DNA from: Trichodelitschia bisporula
Taxonomy: Eukaryota
Assembly: GCA_010356995.1 (NCBI GenBank)
Contig: ML996708.1
Coordinates: forward strand, 124,001-188,000
Direction: 5' to 3'
DNA: 64,000 nt
In this document: positions 24,467 to 36,225 of the stretch, one piece after another
How positions within the stretch are numbered: the stretch's first letter is position 1
Layout of the letters: the number at the start of each line of letters is the position of its first letter
The notes under the pieces: model-generated
Told to the model about the DNA's origin: nothing
Seen by the model: only the letters and a program-made list of their open reading frames with translations
Databases searched by the model: none
Made by a program: the position numbers and the translations under genes

Positions 24467-25918
24467 ATGGCCACATCCATCCCCGCGCCACCGCGCACAC
24501 CCACGCCCCCGCCCGACGACCCCCCGCCTCCACCCCAATTCCCCTCCGGCTTCAATCCCGACGCGCTCTCGCCTCTATCAAGCACCTTTCCCACGTCCTA
24601 CCGCAACATCGCCGGCTCGCCCGCGAACTATGGAGTCTCTCCGAGCCTGAGCGACGCCTCGGCGCTCAGCCCGCCCAGCACCGCCGAAGCCGGCCCTTTC
24701 AATTTCAAACCAACGCCATACATCGTCGGTCGTCCCGCAGGCGCCGCCGCTCAAAAAGTACACACCCCCCCCCTTCCCACCAACCCCATTCCCCATCTCG
24801 TACCTTACATCTGACCTCTACTCCAGCAAACCGAACTCGGCCGCCGCCGCGGCCACAAATACGCCCGGTCCAGCATATCCCACCAAATCATCCTCTCCCC
24901 CACCCCGCGCACGCCCCTCGCCCTCCCCATATCCCTCCCCGTCCCCACGCTGCGCGAATACATATCCAGCATGTCACCCGAGCAGAAGCGGCGCTGGGCG
25001 TGGTGCACCACGCACCTGCTCGTCGCGGGGTGGGTGCAGACGCGCGCGCACGGGTCGCTAGCGACAACCTCCCTGTCCCACCTTCTATTCTTCGACGCGC
25101 TAGGCGCGTTTCTATGCGTGGCGGTGGATGTGGGCGCGAATTTCGAGGTGTGGACGAGGAGTAGCATTGCGCATCCGTTTGGGCTCCAGCGGAGTGAGGT
25201 GCTGGCGGGGCTGGCGATGAGTATTATACTCTTGTTCATGGGGCTCGATTTGCTGAGTCATGGGCTTGCCCATGCCGCTGAGCACCGCCGCGCTGGCCGC
25301 GGGCCGCACAGTCATGCGCCGCGCGCCCTGCCGCCGGGCACAGTCGACGCGGCGGCTCTGGCATCCATCGTGTGTTCGCTGGTGAGCGCGGCGAGTCTGG
25401 GGAATCATGCGAGGATTGGGAGGGCGATGCGGTTTGAGCTGTTCCCGGCCGTGGGGTGGCTGCCGCGGGTGTTGCGGAATCCATCCCATTTGCTTACGCT
25501 TTCCTGCGCAGGGTTGTTGTTACTGGTGCCGCTGCTCGGGGTGCCGATGTATGCGTGGGTGGATGCGGCGCTGGGGTTTGGGTGTGCGGTTGCGATGGTG
25601 GGCTTGGGGGCGAGGCTGGCGTATACGCTTGGGCGGATGTTGTTGATGAGTTACTCTGGGAAGGGGGTGAGGGAGTTGGTGGGCGAGGTTGAGGGGCTCG
25701 ACGGGGTGGTGGCGGTGGATGAGGCAGGAGTTTGGCAGGTGCATTATGGGTTGTGTATGGCGAGTTTTCGGGTGAGGGTGAGGGGGAAGGGGGAGGTGGA
25801 GGGGTTGAGGGAGAGAATTGGCGCGTTGGTTAGGAGTCGCTTGGGGGGGCAGGTATATGGTGAGGGGAAGAGTGGAGTGAGGTGGGAGGTTTCGGTGATG
25901 GTGAATGTGGAGGAGTAG
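24467..25918 (+). CDS. ZRG17: ER zinc transporter, CDF/cation efflux family (Zrg17-like); intron 24758-24826
   Basis: PFNFKP, spliced GRRRGHKY, PISLPVPTLRE, HLLFFDALGA, FEVWTRSSIAHPFGLQRSEVL, WQVHYGLCMA. Confidence 0.88.
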
Positions 25919-26093
25919 ATTTGTCGTTGGGACATCTAGAAGCGGTCACATGTACGGTACCAGTCGGTGTAACGGGGTGTACGATATCCCGACATTCACG
26001 GCAACGAACCCTCAGCAGCATATGTACGATAAATACACGCGAAACGCTCAATTGCGTACTACGGAAAAAAAAAATCCCCTCCTTTTAACAAAT

Positions 26094-27021
26094 CTAGATA
26101 TTCCGCCCCCCCGTCACGCTAATCGTCTGTCCAGTAACATACCCAAACAACGGGCTAGCAACCGCGAGAATCGAGCTCGCCGCCTCCGTCGCCGTCCCCG
26201 GCCTCCGCAGCGGAATATCAACATGCTGCTCCCCCTGCGCCCCCTTCCCACGCGCCGCCTGCTGCGCGCCCGGAATCCCAAGCGCAACCTTCGTGCCATC
26301 CGGCGTCGTCACAAACGCGCCCTCCTCCTTCGCCTGCGTCAACCGCGTCAGGATATACCCAAACGCAATCGTATTCGCGCGCACCCCGAACGCGGGGCCC
26401 CACTCCTTCGCAATCGTCTTCGTCAGCCCCGTGATCCCCGCCTTGGCCACCGCGTAGTTCGCCTGCCCCGCGTTACCGTGCAGGCCGGAGGTAGAGCTGA
26501 TGTTAATGATGTTCCGGGGCTCGCCGTCTTTGACGCGGAAGTAGGGCGCGGCAGCGCGGATGAGTTTGAAGGGCGCGCCGCAGTGCAGGGCGAGGATGGT
26601 GTCCCATTGCTTGTTGGTGGTCTTGTGCAGCACGCCGTCCCAGGTGAAGCCTGCGTTGTTGACGATGATGTGTAGCTTGCCGTTGCCGAATTCGGCGGCT
26701 TTTTTGACTAGCTCCTCGATGTAGGAATCATTGAGCAGGTCGCCGGGGATCGCAATGGCGGAGCCGCCGGCGCTGTTGATGGACTTTGCGACTTCTTGTG
26801 CCTTGCCTGCGGGGGTGTTAGGATGGATTTCATGGGGAGAAATTAGGGGACAAACCAGCGTCAACGTCGCTGATCACCACCTTCGCCCCCTCGTTCGCGA
26901 AGAGCCGCGCTGCCTCCGCGCCGATGCCCTGCCCGGACCCGGTGATGATGGCGACTTGCCCTGCGAGCAGGCCGCGGGGGTAGTTGAGGTGGCCAGCGAC
27001 TTGGCTGAGACGGTCGGCCAT
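26094..27021 (-). CDS. Short-chain dehydrogenase/reductase (FabG-like) with N-terminal PTS2; intron 26807-26855
   Basis: TGSGQGIG, VNNAG, S-x12-YxxxK (NYAVAKAG); N-terminal RLSQVAGHL fits RL-x5-HL. Confidence 0.93.
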
Positions 27022-27168
27022 TGTGGTTGATGTGGGTAGATAGGTAGGTGGGTGGGTGAGATGGTGAGGTGGGATGAGGATTGGGTGGTGAATTGGAGGT
27101 CGTTACAGCTCGCTCCCCATGCTCCACATATATCGCGCGGGGGAGAAGCATAACCGCACCGCGAGTTG

Positions 27169-27185
27169 CCGAGGCCCGGCCGAGG
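27169..27185. promoter_or_regulatory. Two CCGAGG (FarA/FarB/Ctf1-type) elements upstream of the SDR
   Basis: CCGAGG at 27169-27174 and 27180-27185, about 150 bp upstream of the ATG of a PTS2 enzyme. Confidence 0.5.
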
Positions 27186-27383
27186 CTGGGAACTTCGGGG
27201 GTTGGAGGCTCGGCTTCTGGGCCGGGGCCGCTGTGGCTAGTGCCGGGAGCGGTTCCTGGATTGTGGGGAGAGCTTGGCTTGGTTCATGGACATCGTGTGC
27301 ATTTTTTGCTAGCTGGTGGAAGAGTAAACTGATGGTCTGTTCAACGGCTTCTCGGCTCGAGTGTTGCTGTCCCACCTCTAAGG

Positions 27384-27833
27384 TTAGCCGCCGAGGCCCG
27401 AGACCCGAGACATCGATGCGGACCTGCGCGACCCGTCCGACCCTCGTCTAGCTACGAGCCATCACACAATGCGCAATGGATATGGCGTGCACGCCTTCTT
27501 GCACTTTTGGCATGACTAGAACTAGGCCTTGGCCGTCGTCGATGGCAACGTGTGGGCCGACCGCATCACCGATTTCGCCGGACGTTGTTACGTCCAAAAC
27601 TTTGACGAGTTCGCTCGCTGGGCGTTCATCGTTGCGCTACGCCGACGGCCCTGCTATTCATACCTTGAGAACTTCACCAACGCTGTCGGAGCGTACGGAT
27701 GAGGCTGCGCGCGAGCGGGCGTTCTGGCACCCGTTCACAAGATCACCACGCGCTGATCTGAGCTCCGCCATGCACCGCCATCGCCATCACAAGACTGAAA
27801 GCGCAGCCTCGAAGTCTACAAAGAGCATGACAC
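27384..27833 (+). repeat. Decayed coding-derived repeat, copy A
   Basis: Shares collinear blocks (CCCGAGACCCGAGACATCGA, CATCACACAATGCGCA, GCACGCCTTCT, GTCGTCGATGGC, GACCGCATCACC, GCTCGCTGGGC, CTGAAAGCGCAGCCT, CTACAAAG) with the reverse complement of 31924-32397. Confidence 0.88.
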
Positions 27834-28063
27834 AAGCAGCAGCGCGTAATCAATTGTATATCGTATCAATTAAGTGCCGCAATACCAGCAACATGTAACA
27901 ACAAGTCTTTCAGGTCCCAAAACGCCGGCTTCATCTTCGGAAGCATATCCAACCCAACACGCCGTATTACACATATCAGTGGTCCTGCCAGCAGGCTGCA
28001 TCCGCCATTACACCGTCCCCACCCCAGGTATACAACAAAACCAAAGCAACTCCCACTCCCCAT

Positions 28064-29845
28064 CTACCCCCTCCGTCCCCGTTTCGGATGCTCCTTCCGA
28101 CTCAGTCCCTCCCCAGGCCAAACCCACCCCCTAACCCTCCTCGCCTCCCTCGTCTCCCCCTGCCCCGCCTTCGGCATCCACGAATCCCGCTCCCTACAAT
28201 TCTGCCTCGTGAGCGCCGCCGGCCCCCCCACCCCGAGTTTCCACCCATACTGTCCCGGCAAACTTGTCTCCCTAGCAAGCATATGCAAATACCAAAGCGC
28301 GAGCCCGGCAGTCAGCCGCGGCGTCCCATCCTCCTCCCCCCCATGCGTGGACAAGCGAATCGGCGCCGCAACATCCAATTGCCCGAAAATCGGCACCGGG
28401 CCTTCGTCGGGCAGGGCCGACCCAGCGGGCGGGGGTGTGTAGGATGAATCCTCGGCGCCCGCACGCACGACTACGAGCTCGATCTCGGTGATTATGAACC
28501 CGTACCGACACCCATGGTCGCGCATAACACGCTGCAGGTGCGCCAGCCCGCGCAGGTACGCGACTTGTGCGGGCGCGGCTTGGGACCGTTGCGCGCTGTT
28601 CCACGCGTCGTATGCCTTGACGAGTCCTACGAGGCGGCCGCGCGGCGCGCCGGAGTGCGTGGTGAGATAGCTGTTCGGATACGTAGCTAAAAAGTCCGGG
28701 CGCGGTGTCGGGGATGAGGTCGCGCTGTTGTGCGGCTGCAGGCGCAGGTGGTTCGGGCCCTGGGAGAGGCGCAGCGCGGCGCCGAGTTTGGGGCCGAAGA
28801 AGGAGGCGTGGACGTCCCTTAACGCGAACTCTGTTTCCGGGGATGGAGTGCCGGGGCGCGGGGTAGGGAGAGCGGAGGCGTCGATGGGGATGTTGAGCAG
28901 GTGCGGGAAGGAAGGGATGGACAGGATGGTGCTGAGATTGAAGTCGCTCCAGCTGCGCAGGTTGCGCACGTCCCACCAGTACCAGTCGCGGAGGCGGCGT
29001 TGGTCGCCTAGCACGCGGCGGATGAGGGCGGGGGCGGGGTTGGGGGATGTCAAGTATGAGAGGAGGGTGGTTGTGTGTGGGGTTAGGGGCGGGGTGGGGG
29101 CGGGGGGGTAGAGGGCCGTCCCGCTTGGGGTTGCGGGCGAGTCGAGCGGGAGGTAGGTGGAGGAAGCGCGTTGCATTGCCGCGCCGGTGCCGGCGGGGGA
29201 GAGGAGTGGGGTGGGGTTGTTGGCGGTGACATATTGCGGGATGCCGGTCCTGTACTGCGTGGGGTACCCGTGGCGCCAGAGGGTGGCTTCGTCGACGGAT
29301 GCGGTGCTGGAGCTACGGGAGTGCGTGCGGGCGGGGGCGGGGGCGGAGGCGGTGCGGATGTGGTTGCTGAGCTGGGAGGGGCGGCGTTGCTGCTGTGCCT
29401 GCTGGGCGGGCTGCAGGGCGGAGGGCGGGAAGGTGTATGTGGGGCTCGGGGCGGCGGAGTCGTAGATCAGGGGCGCGGTGAGTGCGGCGGGGGAGATGGA
29501 TGCTTGGTGGGGGTGGGGGTAGCAGTCGAGGAGGGGGGGGGAGGGGCGGAGGGAGTAGTAGAGAGGGGTGGAGAGGGAGAGGGAGGAGAGGGGGGTGGAG
29601 GCGGTCAGGGAGGTGGAGGTGCTGCAGGTGAGGGAGGAGGCGGAGGGGGGTTCGGCGGTCTGGTCCTGGCAGCGGATTTTGGGGAGGAGGGGCGGGCCAT
29701 GCTGGCGGATAACTTCGCGGGGGGAGGTGTCTGGCGAGGTGAGGTTGGTGAGGAAGGTGTCCGGCGAGGAGTGGGCGGAGGGGAAGGAGAGGTCGGTGTA
29801 GGCGGATTCGGCGCTGGGGGGGTAGTAGGTTGCGTGGTGGAGCAT
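28064..29845 (-). CDS. Conserved fungal hypothetical protein: Ser/Pro-rich N-terminus and a C-terminal alpha/beta domain
   Basis: Uninterrupted ORF with WYWWDVRNLRSWSDFN, RPDF, RLVGLVK, YLRGLAHLQRVMRDHGCRYGFIITEIELV, LTAGLALWYLHMLA. The start may be 29845 or 29890. Confidence 0.8.
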   Translation of the reverse strand: MLHHATYYPPSAESAYTDLSFPSAHSSPDTFLTNLTSPDTSPREVIRQHGPPLLPKIRCQDQTAEPPSASSLTCSTSTSLTASTPLSSLSLSTPLYYSLRPSPPLLDCYPHPHQASISPAALTAPLIYDSAAPSPTYTFPPSALQPAQQAQQQRRPSQLSNHIRTASAPAPARTHSRSSSTASVDEATLWRHGYPTQYRTGIPQYVTANNPTPLLSPAGTGAAMQRASSTYLPLDSPATPSGTALYPPAPTPPLTPHTTTLLSYLTSPNPAPALIRRVLGDQRRLRDWYWWDVRNLRSWSDFNLSTILSIPSFPHLLNIPIDASALPTPRPGTPSPETEFALRDVHASFFGPKLGAALRLSQGPNHLRLQPHNSATSSPTPRPDFLATYPNSYLTTHSGAPRGRLVGLVKAYDAWNSAQRSQAAPAQVAYLRGLAHLQRVMRDHGCRYGFIITEIELVVVRAGAEDSSYTPPPAGSALPDEGPVPIFGQLDVAAPIRLSTHGGEEDGTPRLTAGLALWYLHMLARETSLPGQYGWKLGVGGPAALTRQNCRERDSWMPKAGQGETREARRVRGWVWPGEGLSRKEHPKRGRRG

Positions 29846-30886
29846 GGTTGGCGGGGTGGTGTGGCGGGAGGTGGTGGTGGTATGGTACATGATTTCGTCA
29901 AAAAAGATGCGAGAGGCGTGAGAGTCGTGAGAGGATGAATGCTTCCAGACTGGCGAAGGCATTAGCGACCAATGGATCGATATCAAGGAGGACCACTCAC
30001 GCAAAGAACGAACGACGATATTAGCGAACGATTAGACGAGGGAGAACCAGCTCCAGATTATGCCTTGTAAATGCCTTTGCACAACAACGAAGGAACTGAG
30101 CCGGTGGATGAGGATGTTTCTCGTGGGCATCCCCGGCCTACTTATCCATCGCCCGTCGGCGCCTCTGCCATCCAAAGAACCCACACCCGCACAGGGGTGT
30201 CGCGATGTTGAGCCCCATCTCGCGCCCATCGACGCGCTGAAACACGCACCTCGCGCCGCACAAAGCGTTACGGTCGGGCGGTAAGTAGCCGGCCAGGCCG
30301 CCGGGGTGGTGTGAGGCTCTCACGAGAATGCATCCGGATTGGGGCTAATAGCGGCCCAAAGGGGAGATGAAACGGCGGTTTCGCAGCACGCTAAATCGGG
30401 AGTTATTTTGTGAGAATTGTCCGAATGAGGGTCATTGGGGGAATGGTTGTAGGGCTAAGACAGAGCCGCCCGGCCTGTCTGTGGGCGCGACGCTGTTGGG
30501 ACGCTGAGAGGGCGGTTGGCGCGCGGGGTGGGAGCCGAAACGTTCATCGCTCCCGAAGGGGGTATTTTTGGGATGTTTTACGGGAAGGCTGACGGCAGAG
30601 GCGTTGAGGGCGCTTGTTTCGAGAGGAACATGGAGAAGCGCTGGGGTGAGAGAAGAAAAGCTGTCAAAGTGGTGCAAGGCGCGTGGTTGGGCCGGGCGGT
30701 TCGTGAGGCGGTGATGCTTGATTGGGTGGTTGGCAAGAGGTCAACAGTCATACTCGCGTCTGGCCCGCTCTGCTAGAGTTGTAGGTGAAGCTGAAACGAG
30801 CGATGTGGATGAAACTCTACACTCTAGATGTCAAGAGACCAATTCGCGGTGAGAGATGGCCTGCACGGCGGTCGAGAAGAACCGTT

Positions 30887-30923
30887 GTGCATCTCAAGTG
30901 CATCTCAAGTGCATCTCAAGTGC
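30887..30923. repeat. Perfect 11-bp tandem repeat (GTGCATCTCAA)x3 plus a partial unit
   Basis: Read directly from the sequence. Confidence 0.9.
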
Positions 30924-31146
30924 CGTGGTCGGCAGTTTCAGCTCGTTGAGTCACCGACGCGTGCTCTTCTTGCAGTCTAGTGAGGTACATCTGCAGTAGC
31001 AAAGAGACGCGTCTTCTCGTGACTGTGACTGGACGTTGAACTGCGGGGGATCCATGAAGCTGAGTAAAGGACGAACCTCAACATCACCAACATCAACCAC
31101 CTCTCTCCCCAATCCCACCTCATCCTCATCTCTCTCCAACGTCTTC

Positions 31147-31185
31147 ATCATCTCTTCCATCTCTTCCATCTCTTCCATCTCTTCC
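31147..31185. repeat. 9-bp tandem repeat (CATCTCTTC)x4
   Basis: Read directly from the sequence. Confidence 0.85.
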
Positions 31186-31923
31186 TCAACCATCCACGGT
31201 CTCTCCCACTCTACCTACAACACCCACGGCGCTTATCCCACCCACCCACCCGCGCACTCCTAACACTGGTCGCACGGCGAAGCGCTCGCGCCTAGCGAAA
31301 TTACCCCCGTCCGTACTCCCACCGCAACTCCTACAACAACACATACTAAAAAAGAATAACTATTGCGGTGCACCGTGCGGCCCTCAATTTCCCGGGCGAT
31401 AGTTCGTGCGTCCAGCGTCGCGCTGCGAGCTTCCTATCTATTTTTGCTTGTCTACTGTAGGCGCGCCCATGGCCGAGTATCATGTCGCTCCACCTAATCA
31501 GGTGCACCCCGGTGCTTCCTCCGCCACGATGGATGGACATGTACCCTCCACCGCGATTATTGCCCATCCGAAGTCCCCGAGGTACTTCCCAACACTTGTT
31601 GCTTTTCTGCAGGCAGACTCGCCAACCCAACGCCAACCCAACGCCAGCCCTACCGGCAGACGCAAGAACCAGTTTCGCCGACATCTGCTTCACCTCCCCT
31701 CCCCATCAAGCGCCGACCCATATGGTCGTCGCAAGTGCTGAAACCGGAGGTACCCATCCCGTTTCTTCGTGAATGCGGTTTACGATGCGGCGAGATGGAG
31801 GATGTTGGTCGGCCTGATGCCGAGGTCAAAGCACGGCGATGATGGTGGTGCTGCGCGCAGTCGGATCGTCAGTTTCCGCTGCGGGCTTCGCCTGCTTTGT
31901 TGTGTGTCCTGCGCCACTTGTAT

Positions 31924-32397
31924 GTGTTGTACACTTTGTAGTTTCAGGCTGCGCTTTCAGCCTCGAGATGTACGTCGATAGCGGTACATGACGGAGTCCG
32001 GCTCGGCGGCTGGTGATTCTGCGGACCGGTGCTACAGTAGACGCTGCTACTCACACACGGGTATCGTCGGTACCCGCCGAGGGATTCGATGAAGGTTTCA
32101 AAGTATGGATAGCATCGGTATCGATGTAGCGTGACGATGAATGCCCAGCGAGCAATCCCATCATGGCTTGGAACGCAACCGTGTCTGCCGAAGCCGGTGA
32201 TGCGGTCAACCGAAGCCCGAGTGCCGTCCCATACTCTCACCCGCCATCGACGACCGTCAAACCCTAGCCAGGGCAAAAACGCGAGAAGGCGTGCCCGTCA
32301 TGTCTACTGCGCATTGTGTGATGCCTCGCCGACAGACGTGGTAGTCGGAGCCCACAGGTCCCGCGTCGATGTCTCGGGTCTCGGGACTCGAGACTAA
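31924..32397 (-). repeat. Decayed coding-derived repeat, copy B (inverted relative to copy A)
   Basis: See copy A. Translation DRITGFGRHGCVPSHDGIARWAFIVTLHRYRCYPYFETFIESLGGY aligns with copy A's DRITDFAGRCYVQNFDEFARWAFIVALRRRPCYSYLENFTNAVGAY. Confidence 0.88.
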
Positions 32398-34298
32398 ATA
32401 CCCTTTTGATGCTATGTATCCTCCTATGCTCCTTCCTCCCATCATGCACACATTACCATGTTCCTTCCCGAGAGTAACGTGCTCCTTCCCAAGAGTAATA
32501 TGCTTCTTTCCCTTGTCTGCCTCAGATGAGGGGTCAAAGGCTAATCGAAAATGTCATGTCCACCCCAGCGACTCGACCTCTACCAAAATCCGGAGAGAGG
32601 GGGACATAACTTTTTCGGACAGCCGTTAGGTGCGTTGACTGACGGCCTCCCGGACGGGATATCCGCCTTGCTCGCACTCCTGGTCCTTTTGCGAACGACC
32701 TGTTAAAGATCCGGCTGGGATTCGCGTCCAGAATCTTCTCAGATGATGACTCCTTAGTAAAACCTGTGAGGTCATGTATATATAGTAGTGTAGCCGAATC
32801 AGAGGTGGGGAACTGGACGAATTTTCTACGATTTAAATTTCATCCATCAGCAATCGCATCCAAGTGGGGCTGATCAAATCCAAATCGAGCTCGTCATAGC
32901 CTCCACCCATATCTTCTCTTCTGCTCGAGCCCAGCCCACCGCCAGCCGGTCCGATTCAGCATCCATGGCACCGTCCTGAATCCAGAACCAGACACCCGTC
33001 GCAAGAAAAGCCCAGCCTCGCCCAGCCCACACAAATTCGGCCTCAAAACTCTAGGACTACACTGCCGAAATGGAACACCTAACCCTGCCAAAGAAACCTT
33101 AATGTAACCTCAGTGACAGGCGCCTCAAGAGCTCGACTTCCGCTGCTGACTTTATGCAACCCACAACCAGCTCTTCGCGAACCAATGACAATGATACAGA
33201 ATTGATCCATGTAGACTTCACTGCCGTTGCTATGGGCGGCTCGTCATCATTGGAGAAGCGGGCAGCGAATATTGCAACGCCTTCTGCAACACAAAACATG
33301 TTTCTTGGGTTGTTCGTGACATTCCTCGGCTGCACAGAAAACACTCACCGCACAAACCTTAAACAATGATCATCGTGAAGCGGTCAGTTTTTCCCCGCTT
33401 GTGACATGTACCATGTACGCCCAGGCCCATGGAGTCCAAAACGCGGGGATGGGAACGGACGAAGGCTGAATAGCAGTTCGCGCTGGTACAACATGTGCTT
33501 CCAACACAACGTGTGTGCTTTCTTCCTGCCATCACCAGCAGGTAGCGTGCCACGAGCACATCGGATGCCCCGCCTCAGCACACGCACACCCGAAGCGCAC
33601 AAACGGCCACCCTAGCGGGATGTGCCGGCGTGTCCAGCGCAACACACCCCTTCCGCACCGCCATGTTTCGCGATCTGGCGGATCGGACATGACGCCGACA
33701 TCCATGCGGGGCATGCCACATGCGTGCTTCAGCAGGCTTCGTTGCCCTGCTCTGGAACTCTTTTAGCCTCGCGACATTGGTCAAGCGTTCATGGGATGCG
33801 TGTCGGCGCGAAGTTACGCCGCGCGTTCCGCGTCTTCGAGCCCGATGTGACGCAAGTGTACAAAGGCCTTGCCGGCGCAGCGAGAGGCATGCATAACAGT
33901 ATATCCGCGTGCGACGCCGTTAAGGCGCGCCGTGCCCCGCGCTGGATACGAGGCCGAGTCGAGGCGGGAGGTAGCGTGCTGGGGGATACACGCGATGAGA
34001 CGAGAGGTACGGCGCAGGATCGGTGGCGGTAGACGCTTGGCTGGGTCATGCATGACGCTGCGGGGGTGGAGCGAGTACATAATAGCTGCGACGGGCTGCT
34101 GCGCGGGGGCGTTGAATCCGAAGGAGCCTGATGCTTGCGACGCAGAATGTGATCGTTGCGTTTGTCAAATGCTATGTTTTTAGTGATGGTTTAGAACTAG
34201 GGCTTTGAGATCATTGTTTGTTTACCTTGACCACCCCCCCCCCCCCCCCCCCCCTCATCCCCCCCAATCGTCAAGCTTCAAGTCCCCCCAAAGTGACG

Positions 34299-36225
34299 AT
34301 GGATGCACCCGCCGCCGGCGCACACAGTGCGCTCGCTGCGGAGACCGCACAGAGCGGGAACCTAGCCATGCCAGCGGCCGCCGTCTCAGCGACGCACGAT
34401 GAGAAACTCGCCTCATCAACGCGCTCAACAGCATCGAAGGACGACATCGTAGAGCTCTCACCCTGGAAATTCACCCTCGTCCTCATCGCCCTCTGCCTAA
34501 CCGTGCTCTGCATGGCACTTGTAAGCCCTTGTCCCACCTCCGTCACCCAGTCCCTTACTTAATAGGACAACACCATCATCGCAACCGCCATCCCCAAAAT
34601 CACAGACCACTTCCACGTCCTCGAAGACGTGGGCTGGTACGGCAGCGCCTATCTCCTCACGCTCTGCGCCGTGCCGCTGCTGTACGGCAAGCTTTACGCG
34701 TTTTACTCCCTCAAAGCCGTGTTCCTGTCGAGTGTGGCCTGGTTCGAGGTCGGATCGCTGATATGCGGCGCGGCGCCGACGAGCACGGCGCTGATTGTGG
34801 GACGGGCGATCGCGGGCGTGGGTGCGGCGGGGATATTCACTGGCGCGCTGTTGATTATTGCTGCGACGGTGCCGCTGCAGAAACGGCCGGCGTATACGGG
34901 GTTGATTGGGGCGATGTATGGGATCGCGGGTGTGGCGGGGCCATTGTAGGTTTCCAGTGCGCGTTTTGGGGTGGTTCTGATCCGAGTAACCTTAGACTGG
35001 GTGGCGCGTTTACCGACCATGTGTCTTGGAGATGTAAGCTTTACGGTCGGCCGGTTGCTTCCTGCTAACGGCACAGGGTGCTTTTACATCAATTTGCCCA
35101 TCGGAGGGATAGCCGTCCTTTTCGTCGTCTTGTTCCTGCGCCTACCTCCGAATTCGGACAACAGGGGCCTGCGTCAGCTCTTCAGGGAAATGGACATTCC
35201 AGGAACCATCCTCTTCATGCCGGCAATCGTGTGTATTCTTCTCGCCCTGCAATGGGGTGGTTCGAAATACCCGTGGTCCAGTGGCAGGATTATCGCTCTT
35301 ATCGTGCTCTTTGCTCTCCTGATCATTGGCTTCCTGATCATTCAATTCTTCCAAGGTGAGAAGGCAACCATCCCGTTTCGGCTGATCAGAAACCGCGATG
35401 TGTGGGGTGCCTCGGTGTTCGGTTTCTCGCTCGGCGCGGCATTCTTCGCCGTCATCTACTATGTGAGTCTTCTGTTGCGTTTAGTGACCTTCTAACGGTC
35501 ACCAGCTCCCAATCTGGTTTCAGGCTGTAAAAGGTGCCTCAGCCGTGCACTCATCCATTATGAATCTGCCCCTCATCCTAGGCGTGACCATCTTTTCTGC
35601 CTGCACCGGCGTCCTCGTTAGCATAACACGCCACTACATCCCGTTCATGTTTGCGTCCGCAGTCCTCATGGCAATTGGCGCCGGGCTCCTCACCACATTC
35701 GAGACCAATACAGGGCACTCGAAGTGGATTGGGTACCAGGCGATATTTGGCATCGGCGTTGGACTCGGCATTCAGCAGACTCCGATCATCATCCAGAACT
35801 GCTTGCCACAGGCGGACGTCCCAATCGGTACTGCCATCATACTCTTTGCGCAAACGCTAGGGGGTGCTGTTTTCATCTCTGTTTCGCAAAACATCTTCAC
35901 CAATAAGTTGATCAGCAATCTAAAAGCTGTGGTGCCGGAGATCGATCCGAACTTCGTGCTGAGGGTTGGTGCGACAGAACTCAAGAATAAGGTCCCCAAG
36001 GCGTTGCTGCCGCGGGTGCTGGAGCAGTACAGCGATGCATTAACCAACTGTTTGTACCCGGCTGCGGCAGCTGGCGCGCTGGCTTTCGTCGGAGTCGTTG
36101 CCGTGCGGTGGAAAAAGATACGAAAGACTCCAAAGGAAGACATTAAGAAGGAAGAGGTGAAAGTGGAAGAGTCGAAAGAGGAAGAAGCAATAGCGGTGGA
36201 TTTGGAAAAGGCCGAAGAGCGGTAG
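34299..36225 (+). CDS. MFS drug:H+ antiporter (DHA2, 14-TM; AflT/GliA/ToxA-like); introns 34521-34565, 34946-34995, 35034-35076, 35463-35505
   Basis: [83 protein letters not shown]. Confidence 0.95.

Noticed and set aside
27391..27396. Third CCGAGG site upstream of the SDR
   Set aside because: It lies within repeat copy A, so it probably came with the repeat.
33100..34200. Short ORFs upstream of the MFS gene (also 19970-20560, 49040-49400, 62580-63330)
   Set aside because: No motifs or coherent exon structure. They may be decayed genes, but this cannot be supported by eye.
1..36225. Secondary-metabolite cluster (FAS pair, oxidoreductases and MFS pump)
   Set aside because: No PKS, NRPS, P450 or cluster transcription factor. 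The FAS pair looks like the conserved primary enzyme, and housekeeping genes are interspersed.
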